In this document: piece by piece, positions 37,842 to 48,716 of the stretch | Position numbering within the stretch: the first letter of the stretch is position 1 | Layout of the letters: each line of letters begins with the position of its first letter | Assembly (NCBI GenBank): GCA_000708835.1 | Contig: DF237299.1 | Span: 33,660 to 97,659, forward strand | Length of the DNA stretch: 64,000 nt | Origin: Klebsormidium nitens | Taxonomy: Eukaryota; Plantae; Klebsormidiophyceae | Direction of reading: 5' to 3' | The notes under the pieces: model-generated | The model's database searches: none | The model's input: the letters and a program-made list of their open reading frames with translations, nothing else | What the model was told of the DNA's origin: nothing | Made by a program: the position numbers and the translations under genes

Positions 37842-38599
37842 GCGCCACTTTTCGAACAAACCTGGGCCAGCGAAAGTGGCATTCGTCGTAAGCTTAACGA
37901 CATTGTTGTTTCTATAATGACTGCATGCGGGGCAGAAGGAGGAAGCAACCCTTCAATTGGGCCTAGCTATCTGTGCTTTCCGAAAGAGATTCATTATCAA
38001 TCTCATAGGCCAATCATTATCGGTTCCAGTTGATTTGCTACCTTCCAACTTATTGAATTTGCACGGGCATAGAAAAACTTGCTTTCACATGGAACTTGCC
38101 ACCGCATGAGAATGGCAATTTTGTACTATATATAGCAATCAAACGTGCGTGCAGATTTTTGTGGGAGAGTCGATTAGGGCCAGCTGTTCGCCATCATGCA
38201 TTCAGAGACCAGTTTGTGTATTGATGCGCTCGTTCAGGACTTCAGAACGATTGCCAGATCATCGGACAATTGATCGCCATCGTTTCAAGGTAATGCTGAG
38301 CCTAGCTCAGGCTTCACTTAATACTAGCAAGTAGGAGCGCCCGGCCATTCTGGTATAACTGCAGTGCAATGCGATGACACGGGAGCAGATTTGCAAGCTA
38401 TAGGAGCGACTCGTATACGGCTTGCAGTCTCCCCCGGCACTAGCATGCCATGTATACACGGCAACTATGTATGATACGTGCAGGCCCCGAGAGCCAGCGC
38501 TATGCTAGCTTGCGTTAAAGAGAAAACGCTGGCAGTTGGATGCATGAGTCCCACATGCTGTGAACTCCAAGCGCGGAGTTTTTCGCTTCTTCATGCAGT

Positions 38600-40660
38600 T
38601 CATGAAAGACTTGACAGATTGTCAAGATATACGCATGCCGGAAGATGATAAAAGTTGCCGACGTTGACAGATCCACGCAAATCAAACATACGCTTGTTAG
38701 ACTTCTGCATATTGAATTTGACGACACTCACACATTCTTGATCAAAATCTCGGGCTTTGAGCTATCTTATACTCGTTGATTGTTGCTCGAACGTACACTT
38801 AAGACAAAGACTTATTTACAAACAAACCGGCACTAGACTGCCTTGTCTTGCAAAGCGTTTCAGTGCTCAATTCTTTCCGAAGATACAATTTAAGAGCACT
38901 GTTTTCCGGCTGCTTCTTGCTGGCGCAAAATCTTTGAGTACTTGAACGCCAGCCAGCTTAGGCTTATTGTGACATTCCTCTCACTGAATGCCTGCAAACA
39001 GCAAATGCCCATGGGTTATGCACGTTTTATGTAAGGCCACTTTTAAGCGGTGCAAACAAGTGCACGGTAAAGAGCCTTTGCGGATGGAAGACGGGGGTGA
39101 ATCCCAACGCAGACTCTAGAACGACTTTCACTCACCTGCAGCTCAGAAGGCATCATGTGCTTCTTGCCCTCAAAACAGGCCTTCACGGGAATCTCCAACG
39201 TTTTCCGAAGTCCATCGATGTTGTCTTCTATTATGCCTCCTTCATGATCGGGGTCCCTCCACCTTGCGACAGCGATGCATTTTGCGGTATTCCCCTTCTC
39301 GGCCTTGACACCAATGCACAAGTGCACCCCCGGCATGTGAATGAACCTGTGCCAAAGGACATGTTGAAAGGCATCTGTCTGGTCCCCACAAAGATTCGAG
39401 TTCCTTCTTCATCATCCATTACGACTGCCGTCACTCGAATCCTTATATCTTTACCTCCTAAGTTTTAGTGCGTGCAGAAGTACTCGCAAGACCACGTAAA
39501 CCAGCCGCTCCGTGCGTACCGCCAAGACCAGGCGTCTTAAAAGGAGCCAAGTTTGCATTTAGTTACTGCAAGAAGCACCACGTGGAAAAGACAAAACTTA
39601 CTTGTCCATCACAATCCCCATGAATGCAAAGGACGCCCAAGAGTCGAAGCTATGTATGAGGATGGGGGGGTTCTTGCCCCAAATGCGCGGCCTCCAATTT
39701 CGATGGTATCCCCCCATTGATGCTTCCAAGAAGGATTGTCCGTTTCGGAGGTGCCCGTCGAGCTCGTCGAGAGGCGGGACATCCAAGGCAACCACTGCAT
39801 GCAGCAGAAGTTTTCAGTCAAGAACTCTACCCACGTCAATACCACTACCCCCAAGCAAAGGCTGTGGACCGCAGGAAGATGGGGCCCATTTTCCCTGGTC
39901 AAGAAACCTCCCCACATTTTGGCAAGGTGCAGCAAAGGCACATGCTTCGACAAATCCTTAAGAGTCAGCTTACAACTGCCTTGGGATTAGGGAGCTTACA
40001 TTTGTTTAGGCCTTCCTCCAGGAGCTCAAATGCCGTGAACGCCAGCTCGTGGCAGGCGCTGGCCCTGTCGCCCACTATCCACACCTCCCCATCAATCAGC
40101 CACAGCATCAGGTCACGATCTGTGCTAGCGGACCACCTGCGAAAGTCCTCCCCCTCCAGACGCAGGCTCGTATCGAACGGGCAGTTGAGCAAAGTCCCGG
40201 AGCTCACTGCTTCGCAGAATTCGCGCTCCTTGGTGTCCAAAATTGTGTCCCACTTAGCGTACCTGAGAAGGGAACGTATCAGGCATCAGGGACCTTTTAT
40301 GCATACCCGCAGAGCACGGTGCCGGGCTGCGTTAAGGTTTGATGTCCAGCACTGATGCCCCGCTGATGCCACCCAGTGTCTGAACACACACAGCCTGTCA
40401 CAGTAAGATGCAGACCAGTCCGCCTGTCAGACGCTAAGACCGCTCTTGAAGTGCTGCCACTGCACAATCATACTAGGATCGGAAGAGATGCGCACTTGTG
40501 GCGCAACTGCCCAGCTACCTGTTAGTGGGGGGAAGGAGAAGATTCAAAACAAAGCAATGCTGAGGAGGAGATGCTCAGAATAAACCCGCATCCTGCAACC
40601 ATGACTTTCACTTACCTTGCTGTCGCCTTCTTCTGCAGCACTGCCTGCAATCAACATAGC
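38600..40660 (-). CDS. Multi-exon Uma2-like (PD-(D/E)XK fold) protein with apparently degenerate active site; 5' exons uncertain (may extend to ~41.9 kb)
   Basis: Phase-consistent exons read ..GDSK|VAGQLRHK|YAKW..WLIDGEVWIVGDRASACHELAF..|LVALD..FLEASMGG..PPILIHSFDSW..MDK|FIHMPGVHLCIGVK..LEIPVKACFEG..LQ|KSNKRMFDLRG..*. Stop at 38600-38602. The domain call rests on motif resemblance only. Confidence 0.45.
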
Positions 40661-42570
40661 GTCACGAGTCAGTGTCACATCGATTACAGAAAGAGTTCTG
40701 AAGCAGGGCTCAGAGTCCTCATAAGACGTAGAGTCGCATCGTGCCACAGAATCCAAGATTCAGAGCGTGACCACAAAATCTGGTGCACACTTTGCTTACA
40801 CATGCTGGCAAATCTTGGATATAAGCATTATATTCAAAGAACTTGCGCACGACTGCTCACCGGATATTGGACCAACTTCTTCATATGCCGCCATAGCCGG
40901 GACTTCGTGTCTGCAGAAATTGAATCAAACAAGTTAATCTTTTGACATGTAATCAGCCTCCAAATTCTGCCTTGCAGAGGTTGGGTTGCGGAGTTAAGGA
41001 GCACCTAGTTGGAGTTCCTGCTGCACATGGCCAAAAAGGATGGGAACATGTTGAACAAACACAGCTTTGAGTGCTTGGCAAAAAAACAGCGCGAGATTCA
41101 GAGAGTTGTTACCCTCTTGTCCGCCGGCCACTTACTCATGCTGCTGTCGCTTGCTGAGTCTCCCACAAGCGCATCTGTTTTTGTCATGCTTGCTGGCCTC
41201 TTAACTCCTGAGGTGCTTATCTGCTACCGTCCTACTCAGGGTTAGTGCCTGCCCTTTCCAGAAAAGCTCACTGTTCAGGGTTGCCTTGGCTTGAAGACCG
41301 AGTCCCTCGAAGCTTGTCGACGACGCGCCCCTAGCGCAAACTACCTGATCTTCAAGCTGGCGCAAGAGGCACAAACTTGAAACAGCCTGCCAAACTTCCC
41401 TTCGGAAAAGTGGACGCGGGACGGCAGCTGTCGTACAGATTGGGCATCCCCCACACGAGGGCTCTCTGCCTTTCGACGCTGGAAGCCCTTTGTGCTTCTA
41501 GGAGATTGCAGCCGCCCGGAGCAGATCAACGAAGCAGGATCCCCAACAATGACAACTAGGCGTGCCGGGGGCTCTTGGGCCCCCGGAAGCTTTGTAGTGT
41601 CAACAGAGCTTAGCGGAGCACAGTCCCGCATCTACTGACACTTCCAATCGGTCACCAAACTTGTCGAACCTGGTGCAAACGATCTCAAAGTGCACGCTCA
41701 ACTTGACTGCTTGACACCAGTTGCAATATCGGTGCAAGCTCGGCAGACAGGCCCCCAGGCCTGCATTTGTCCACCGAACGTTGCTCATAGTGTCACTTTT
41801 CAAAAACACGCTGCTGTGCTGGGACATTGACACAAACAACAAAATCGGTGCGACCATTCACAGTGCTGCCTGTGAGTATAGGGTTATACCTACCGAAAAC
41901 CCGGAGGAAGTGCCAACCAATTCAGACTGCGGCTCAGCGCGGAGCCTTGACACCGCCTCTCAGTCTGCCTCGGTCCTTATTATTAACACCAAACCAACTT
42001 CTTTCATTCGGCGAAGTCTTAAATTCGTCGACGGCGTTAAGCTTACGTCACTCGACCATTCAGATCGCCGGGATGGGTCCTGAAGACTCTGAAACTTAAA
42101 GAGCCCCCTAAGGCGACTCGAATTTAATTCCCGGTTTCCGGTCCACCCCCTTCGGGGGTGGGTCGGTCGGTCGGAAGAAAATAATAATTATCTTTAATTT
42201 CCACCGAAGCTGCCACGTCAGCCTTCCGGCCAAGTCGTACGGTAATGGTACTACCCTCTTGCGGTAATGGTTGCTGATGCCTCAAATTACAGTGTGATAG
42301 CCCGGAACTTGAAGCCGGAACTACCGTACCGTATCTAGTTCGTCATTTTCCACCAGCATATGTATACAGAACTTTGCAGCTCAGCAGCCAGCTCCTACAT
42401 TCGCTGTGGCGTCAGCTCGCTTCTCAACTTGCTCGATTGTAAATCCTCCTTTTGTCATGCCAGCTTCTTGCGCTGGCATTTCTCACAAGTGGCAGAGCCT
42501 TGGAAGCTGAACATTGCATTGTGGTAGCCTTGCACAATTCTTGAACAGTGCATTTGCTAGCTAAGCCAGG

Positions 42571-45500
42571 ATGACGTTAAGGAAAACAAAAGTCGGTAGT
42601 GATAGAAAAACTGCTGGTACAGGGCACTCTGCTGGAAAGGGATTGAAAAACGTGAAGCTGAGGAATGCTGCAAAAGCTGACAAGCGAAGTCCACAGGTTA
42701 CGTACAGGGCCATCAAAATGAAGAAGAAGAGAGTTTTAAAACAGATGCGGAGTCTAGTTAGAGAGCATTGCGATACGGATGACAAAACTGGAGCCGCTCT
42801 GCTGTGGAGGTTGCAGTCACCTGCAAGCCAGCAAGACATTCTACAGGCCCTGAAGCAGCTTGGGGAAAAGGAGAAGTTGACTGAAACAGAGATGGTAGAA
42901 CTTATACAAAGGATTCCCCCGTACATTCAAACGATGCATGAGCGAGGGAAGAAGCTTGCAAAGGGGATCTGTTTGACACCTGATTGTGTGCAAATAGTGA
43001 CCGCCCGGAAGGCTGGAAAGCTAGTTGACAGGGCTGAAGTGGAGAGACAGCGGGCGGTGGAGAAAGCTGGAGCTAAAGTGAAGGAAGTAAACAAGCCTCT
43101 CTCCATTGAAAGGTCGCCTCCTCCAAGGTACTTCCTACCGTTTTCCTGCTGTCTTTTGTTGGAATTTTGGGCTTTCTGAATGCAGAAGGAAAGGTAATCC
43201 TAATGACCGAGGCCTCAGCTTGACTGGAGAGCGTATCTATGAGCTCATGATCATCTGGGCTGTGGACCTCAACGGTTTATATTGATTGTTGTGTTGTTCA
43301 AACCCTGTTCTGTTCGTTTTCATTGGAAGATATTGATGTAACTTCCTGAGAACAATGTCGGTTGGGACAATCACTTACGACACAACGCATCTTGTTCTCT
43401 TCGGTAGTGTGGTTCTCCGGTATCTTCCTCTCGTTTCTACAATGGAACATGCCCCCTGTCTCCACCGCAGCAAGTTTCCAACCCCTCCAAACGTAAATCT
43501 ACGTGTTTTGATGTAGGCGGCCTTTGGGGCAGACTCTTAGAGAGCTTCCCGATGTTAGCACTTCATCGTGCGACGACCACAACTATGCTATGGAGATTTG
43601 GTTCCGTTTTCATGATGTTTATGGGCCTGAAACCTTGGACGAGCACCAATTTTCCCTGGAGTGTCAGATCCAGTTGGACGCTGATATGGGTTGTGTGGTG
43701 GAAGCGCAGGTGAGGTCGCACATCAAGCCCTGAATATACGCCCATCAAGGCACGCAATGCTGAGCTGCTCTAGGCCAGAAGTAAGTATTTCTTGTGTAGA
43801 GATTGCAATATCACATGGACATAAGCAGGTTGTTTGAGCGCACCACTGCATGTTGCCAGCTAAAGACAACTGACAGGGAGGGGAACTGCCGATAAGGCGC
43901 TGTTCCAGTTGTGGAGACTTAATATCTCCCTTGAATAATTGCAGTGGGAGGAGGCGGCAACAGTCTGGCCCTTGCAGGCGGCAACGGCAAGATTAATTGG
44001 TACTCCGGATATCGAAGATTTCGTTGCTCGATGTCGCCTCGCTGTTGTCAACAGCAGTTCTCGCAGCACTCTTCTAAAAAGAGTTGCGAGCACCACCAGG
44101 TGGGTTTCAGGATTTCATAGCAGGGAGGGTAGACATTCCTGATAAGTGCTCAGCTGTCATCTAGATAGGCTGTGCTAGGGCGTTCGCAGGATCAGGTGGG
44201 GCCAATCCTGGCACTCTTTTAAACAATTGCAACATAATGCCCGAAAAAAAGGAACTTCAATGGTCGATGGTGGGAATCGATCCTAGGACCTTTCGGAAGG
44301 TTGGTACATTTCGGTACTTTCTAAAAGTACACCCGGACGGACCCAAAAGTACACATGTACGCTCCAAGTACAGCCCGCCGTCATGTCAGCACTGTCGGCT
44401 TTTCGGCATTTTGACGTTTGATCTCGTCATTTACTCAAATCTCGGCCAAATTGAGTTCTGATTTTTGCTACCGGTACCCCATCGGTAGCTCATCGCAGCA
44501 TACCAGTAGAAATTTTCACTTCCGCCTGCCAACCGGTCGGTGGTAAAAGTGGCCGGTACATGCAGATATTGAAAAGGGCGCCCCACGGAAGTCGGACCCG
44601 GCCCAACTTTTTTGAGGTGATTTTCGGGCACTGAGCCCACCTAGGGTACCTCTTGTGCACTGCGTTCCTACTTTTCAAAAATCTGATCGGATGCGGCCCC
44701 GAGAGGATATATGTATTTATTTTATTATATTTATCTGTATTAATTGATACCGTAAATACCCTGCCCAGGTCAGATCTCTGCGGAAATTCCGGAAGTAGGA
44801 ATGTGGTGCACTAGACTTTCCCAAGGCCTATTACCTGTGCCCAAATGTCGGCTTCCGAAAGTTGGAACCAAGGCCGACTTCGGTGGGGCGCCCTTTCGAA
44901 ATCGTTGATGTACCGGGCACTATTTCTAACTACCGGGCACTCGTCACTTTTGGCGAAAGTGAGGGTTGTACATTTTAAAGGTGCGAGTTGCGTACTCAAT
45001 GCAAAAAACGGAAGTCGATTTGAACCAGAAACGATGAAACGGCGGCTATTCTCGTATCGAGTATTTTTCTGCGAATATGCTGACACGATTTTGGCCCTAC
45101 CTGACCCTGCGAACGCCCGCTAAGTAGCATCTTTCTTAACGGGTAGCGCTGGAAGGAGATTATTTGTGGACTTTTGTTCGGATCTGATACTGGCGCCAAA
45201 GCTTTTTGTTCCTCTTGAACCATATGTCTTTCATGTTTCAGCTCTCACTTCTTTGCCTCCCTCCTGTGTCTTGCAGTATGAGCATTGATACACCTCAAGA
45301 GCAAATCACGGGCGATCTCATCAGGTTCATCTCTGAAGTGGAGCGTTACATGGTGACGTTGAGAATACCGGAGGAGTGGCCCACGTTGGGCCTGCCCATT
45401 CAGTTTGTTTCGCTTGTTGATCGGTGGAATCAGGAACCGCTGTCGAAATACATGTTGGTGAGTCTCTAAGCTGCTGTTGTTCATTTCAGTAGATGACATG

Positions 45501-47207
45501 AAGCAGGTGCACTCATGAGTTTGTTATGCAGTGATGAAGAACCTTTTCTGGGTCTCTGCTTGCTTCAGAAAAACTGTTACTTCATCTATGTTAAATGGGA
45601 CAGGAGCTACAACCTTCACGACTGTCAAACGCTGAAGAGGTTAGGACACTTCTCTCCACATGCCAAGCACATTCTTCCAAGGTTCTGGTGTTGCAAGCCA
45701 AGATTTGCACCAACTCTTTGGCCCCAGGCCAACGGGGCGATCGGTTGGAAAGAATCCTTCGTGCTGTGGCAAAGAGCTATACGGAAAGAACCCGGCTGAT
45801 CACTCCTCCAGGTAATCCGCTTCGGCTAAGCACTGATTGTTTGATTGTGATTCATGATTCTTTCAACGAGCTTGTTGACCTGGAAAGCGCCTCGTCTTGA
45901 AGGTCCTAGCAATCTTCATAGGCGATGGGAGTCTTGCCGGCGTACCTAGATTTAGAAGCTCTTCTTTTTTGCTGAGTCGCATCTCATGCAATTGCTATCT
46001 GCAGACTTCCTGTACATATACCCCTCGCCAACTGGAAACAACACCATCACGCTATGCGCAGAAGACCTGAATACGCTTCAACCCGGTGCTTTGTTGAACG
46101 ACAAAGTAGTGAATCTTTGGCTCAGGTGAGAATCCGTTACTGTCCACAGCTGCCAAAGCCTGTACTTGCAGTATCACCAGACTAGTTGCAAGTTGTCCCG
46201 TGCACAGCCATGGAGCAATTCCTCAAGCAGTAGGACCGTTGGCTGAAAGGATCAATGTCGGTGTTGCCGTCATCCGGAAGTGAGACACGGGGAGGAGGAG
46301 AGGGTCAATTGCTGTGGGGGATGTGGAACTCTTCCTAAATGTCACTTAATGGCGCTTCTGTTCTGGTCGGTTTGCTGGCTGCATGTACTGCTGATTGCTG
46401 CTACTGCCAAGATTGTCGAGAGAAGCGACTACTCAGCCTGCCCGGAACTGCTTGGAGTGATTGTTCAAATACTTTGAAACATGATGGTTTTGGATATCAA
46501 GCCAGTGGTTTTATTCGTGGGCAATGATCGTGCAGGCACATACGAAGCGGCTGCGAGAAGACAGCGGCCAACGTTCTCGTCATGGACTCGTACTTCATGA
46601 CGCTCCTGCACGACATGTTCAAGGCGGAAAGCGAAAACATAGGGGACGCCAACGACATTTTCAACAAGCTCCTGCGCTTTGACGGCTTCAAACTGATCTT
46701 CGAGCACACATTTGTCCTTTTTCCATATTGCCAAAGGTGGGTATGTCCAACACTGCACTTGATGGGCCCGATTAGTCCTGCCTCTATCTAAAAGGGCAGC
46801 TCGATTGTTGCAGGTTCGCGTTCCTAAGAGGAAATTGACATTTTGTGAGGCTTTTGACTTGTCCCTGGCCAATGGCAGTTCCTTCGGTTCTGAAAACGGG
46901 CTCCTGGGGTAGATGTCCTCGTGACTGACTGAAGCTTTTAAAATTGGACCAGAGAGGAGGATGTTCCTCTGCTAGCAATCTGATCAATCTCGAACTGTCG
47001 GTGTCATATTCTTTCTGTGCTGTCTGCTAAGACACATCCTATGGTTTCATACGTCTTAACTCTCTCGCGGTTCTGCAGGTCGCACTGGAGTCTGCTCCTC
47101 CTTAAGAACAAAGCCTGCAAGGGGAGCGCTCGTCAAAGTCCGGCAGCCCTTCTTCATTTCGATTCCAGGCCAGGGCTTCATCGGTCCGTTGATACGTTGT
47201 TCCGAAG
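42571..47207 (+). CDS. Multi-exon protein with unknown N-terminal region and partial Ulp1/SENP (peptidase C48) domain; 3' end unresolved
   Basis: Phase-consistent exons 42571-43127, 43517-43709, 43945-44099, 45277-45457, 45604-45811, 46005-46125, 46536-46736 and 47079-47207. Motifs: ITLCAEDLNTLQPGALLNDKVVNLWL, MDSYF, FVLFP, SHWSL (catalytic His) and LHFDS (Asp). No Q..DCG exon found. Confidence 0.75.
44178..45118. mobile_element. 941-bp non-autonomous DNA transposon in an intron; 28-bp TIRs, 4-bp TSD GCTA (Sola2-like signature)
   Basis: GGGCGTTCGCAGGATCAGGTGGGGCCAA at 44178-44205 matches the reverse complement of 45091-45118 at 26/28 positions. GCTA at 44174-44177 and 45119-45122. Internal inverted arms (~44574-44612 and ~44858-44897) surround an AT-rich centre. 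Confidence 0.85.
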
Positions 47208-47541
47208 GTACGATCGCTTGAAGCTCATCACTGGTTCAATAAGAAACTACAAAGGGCTCTGCAGCCCTTGTATCGAAGACGTTGAACGACCTTCTCACCC
47301 TGTCACAAATGAGTCTAAATGCCCAGGTCGGAATCACACCCTCAGCCTCTCATCCAACAAGCTTGCTCGCTTCTGATTGGTTCACGGATTTTGCCCGGTA
47401 TACACCGTGAAAGTGACTTAAGGAGATAGTTCCTAAGCCTTCCGACCAGTGTTAGTGGCTTAAGGAGATGGTTAACACCGCAGCTACAGACAATATTCTT
47501 CTACCGGACACTCTCCAGACCCGAAGATTCCTGAAGGGTCT

Positions 47542-48098
47542 GCAGCACAATGGCGGCGCAGTGAGCAGCGTTTTAGGGCCTTAGGAGCTTGCAGCCACAG
47601 GGCGCCATTACTTAGGAGCGTTAGCGGCACAATGGCGGCACAGTGAGCAGCGCTTAGGGCCTTGGGAGCAGGGCGCCACTATCTAGGAGCTTAGCAGCAC
47701 AATGGTGGCGCAGTGAGCAGGCGCTTAGGGGATTGTGGCACCAAGCCATGGTAGTGAGCAGTCATGAGCTGCGGCGCAGTGGCGGGCGGTCTTGAGGGGG
47801 TCTGGCTCACAATGCCACCGCTGTGAGCAGCACTTGGGGGTTCGCGGCGCAATGCCAGGGCCGTGAAGCCAGCATTCAGAGGTTTTCAGCGCAATGCTGG
47901 GGCAGTGAGCACTTAGGGGTTTGCAGCGCAAGGTCGGAGCTGTGAAGTGCTCTCTTAGGGGTTCGCAGCGCAGGGCAGAGCTGTGAGGTGCTCACTTAGG
48001 GGTTCGCAGCGCAAGGCCAGAGCTGTGAGGTGCTCGCTTAGGGGTTCGCATCGCAAGACAGGAAGCTGTGAGGTGCTCACCCAGGGGTTTGCAGTGAG
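47542..48098. repeat. Imperfect tandem repeat arrays (70-82-bp units x~3, then ~41-43-bp units x~5) sharing a GTGAG...CTTAGGG core
   Basis: GC(A/G)GCACAATGG(C/T)GGC(G/A)CAGTGAGCAG begins at 47542, 47624 and 47694. GCTGTGAGGTGCTC(A/G)CTTAGGGGTTCGCA recurs across 47902-48098. Confidence 0.8.
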
Positions 48099-48716
48099 CT
48101 GGGTGCGTGCAAGAGCAAGGTGAGTACCCCACCCACTGGATGTTCAACTTTACGCCATCTGTTCCTAGACAATGAGGGGCTATGAGCTGCCTTCTTAGGA
48201 ATTTGAAAGCAGGCGGGGTGAAGCAAGTTGAGTGCCAGACAGGCGGGGTGAGCAAGTGGTACAGCTGGAATTCAGATCGCTCTCTGAATCTTGCAACTTG
48301 ATGGTCCTTGCAGATGGGGGTAGAAGCTCAGGTGGCACCACACAGCCTCTCAATTGACAGGTTAGCTACCACCTCTTCTCTGAGAAGGAGTTGTAGGTAC
48401 GATTTATCACTCTCATGTCAGACCTGCCCCTCAGAGCACTCTCCAGTTGTACTTGACGTTCTTTTCAAAATTGCTGCATTTCATCTGGCATTTCATCTGA
48501 GCAGATACACGGATAACGAGCGTTTTTCACAAAGTATCTCAAGTTGAGAGATGTCAGTTTAGGACCCCTAGGGAGACTTTCTAAAATCCTCCGTGTATCC
48601 GCGCCAAGTGCCTCCGCAGTTTATTATGATGTTTACACACCATGCAAAAGGTGTGGTGTGTCTCAGGGAGCTGTGTCTCAGAGTGGCGCTCATTTGGAGC
48701 CTTTCGCTTTCCTCAG

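Noticed and set aside
42143-42161. GC hairpin CCACCCCC-TTC-GGGGGTGG as a Helitron 3' end or terminator
   Set aside because: No CTRR terminus at the expected distance on either strand, and bacterial-type terminators are not relevant here.
47730-47745. GDCG in the repeat array as the missing Ulp1 catalytic Cys
   Set aside because: Lies inside a tandem repeat, has no upstream Gln motif or good acceptor, and a stop follows within a few codons.
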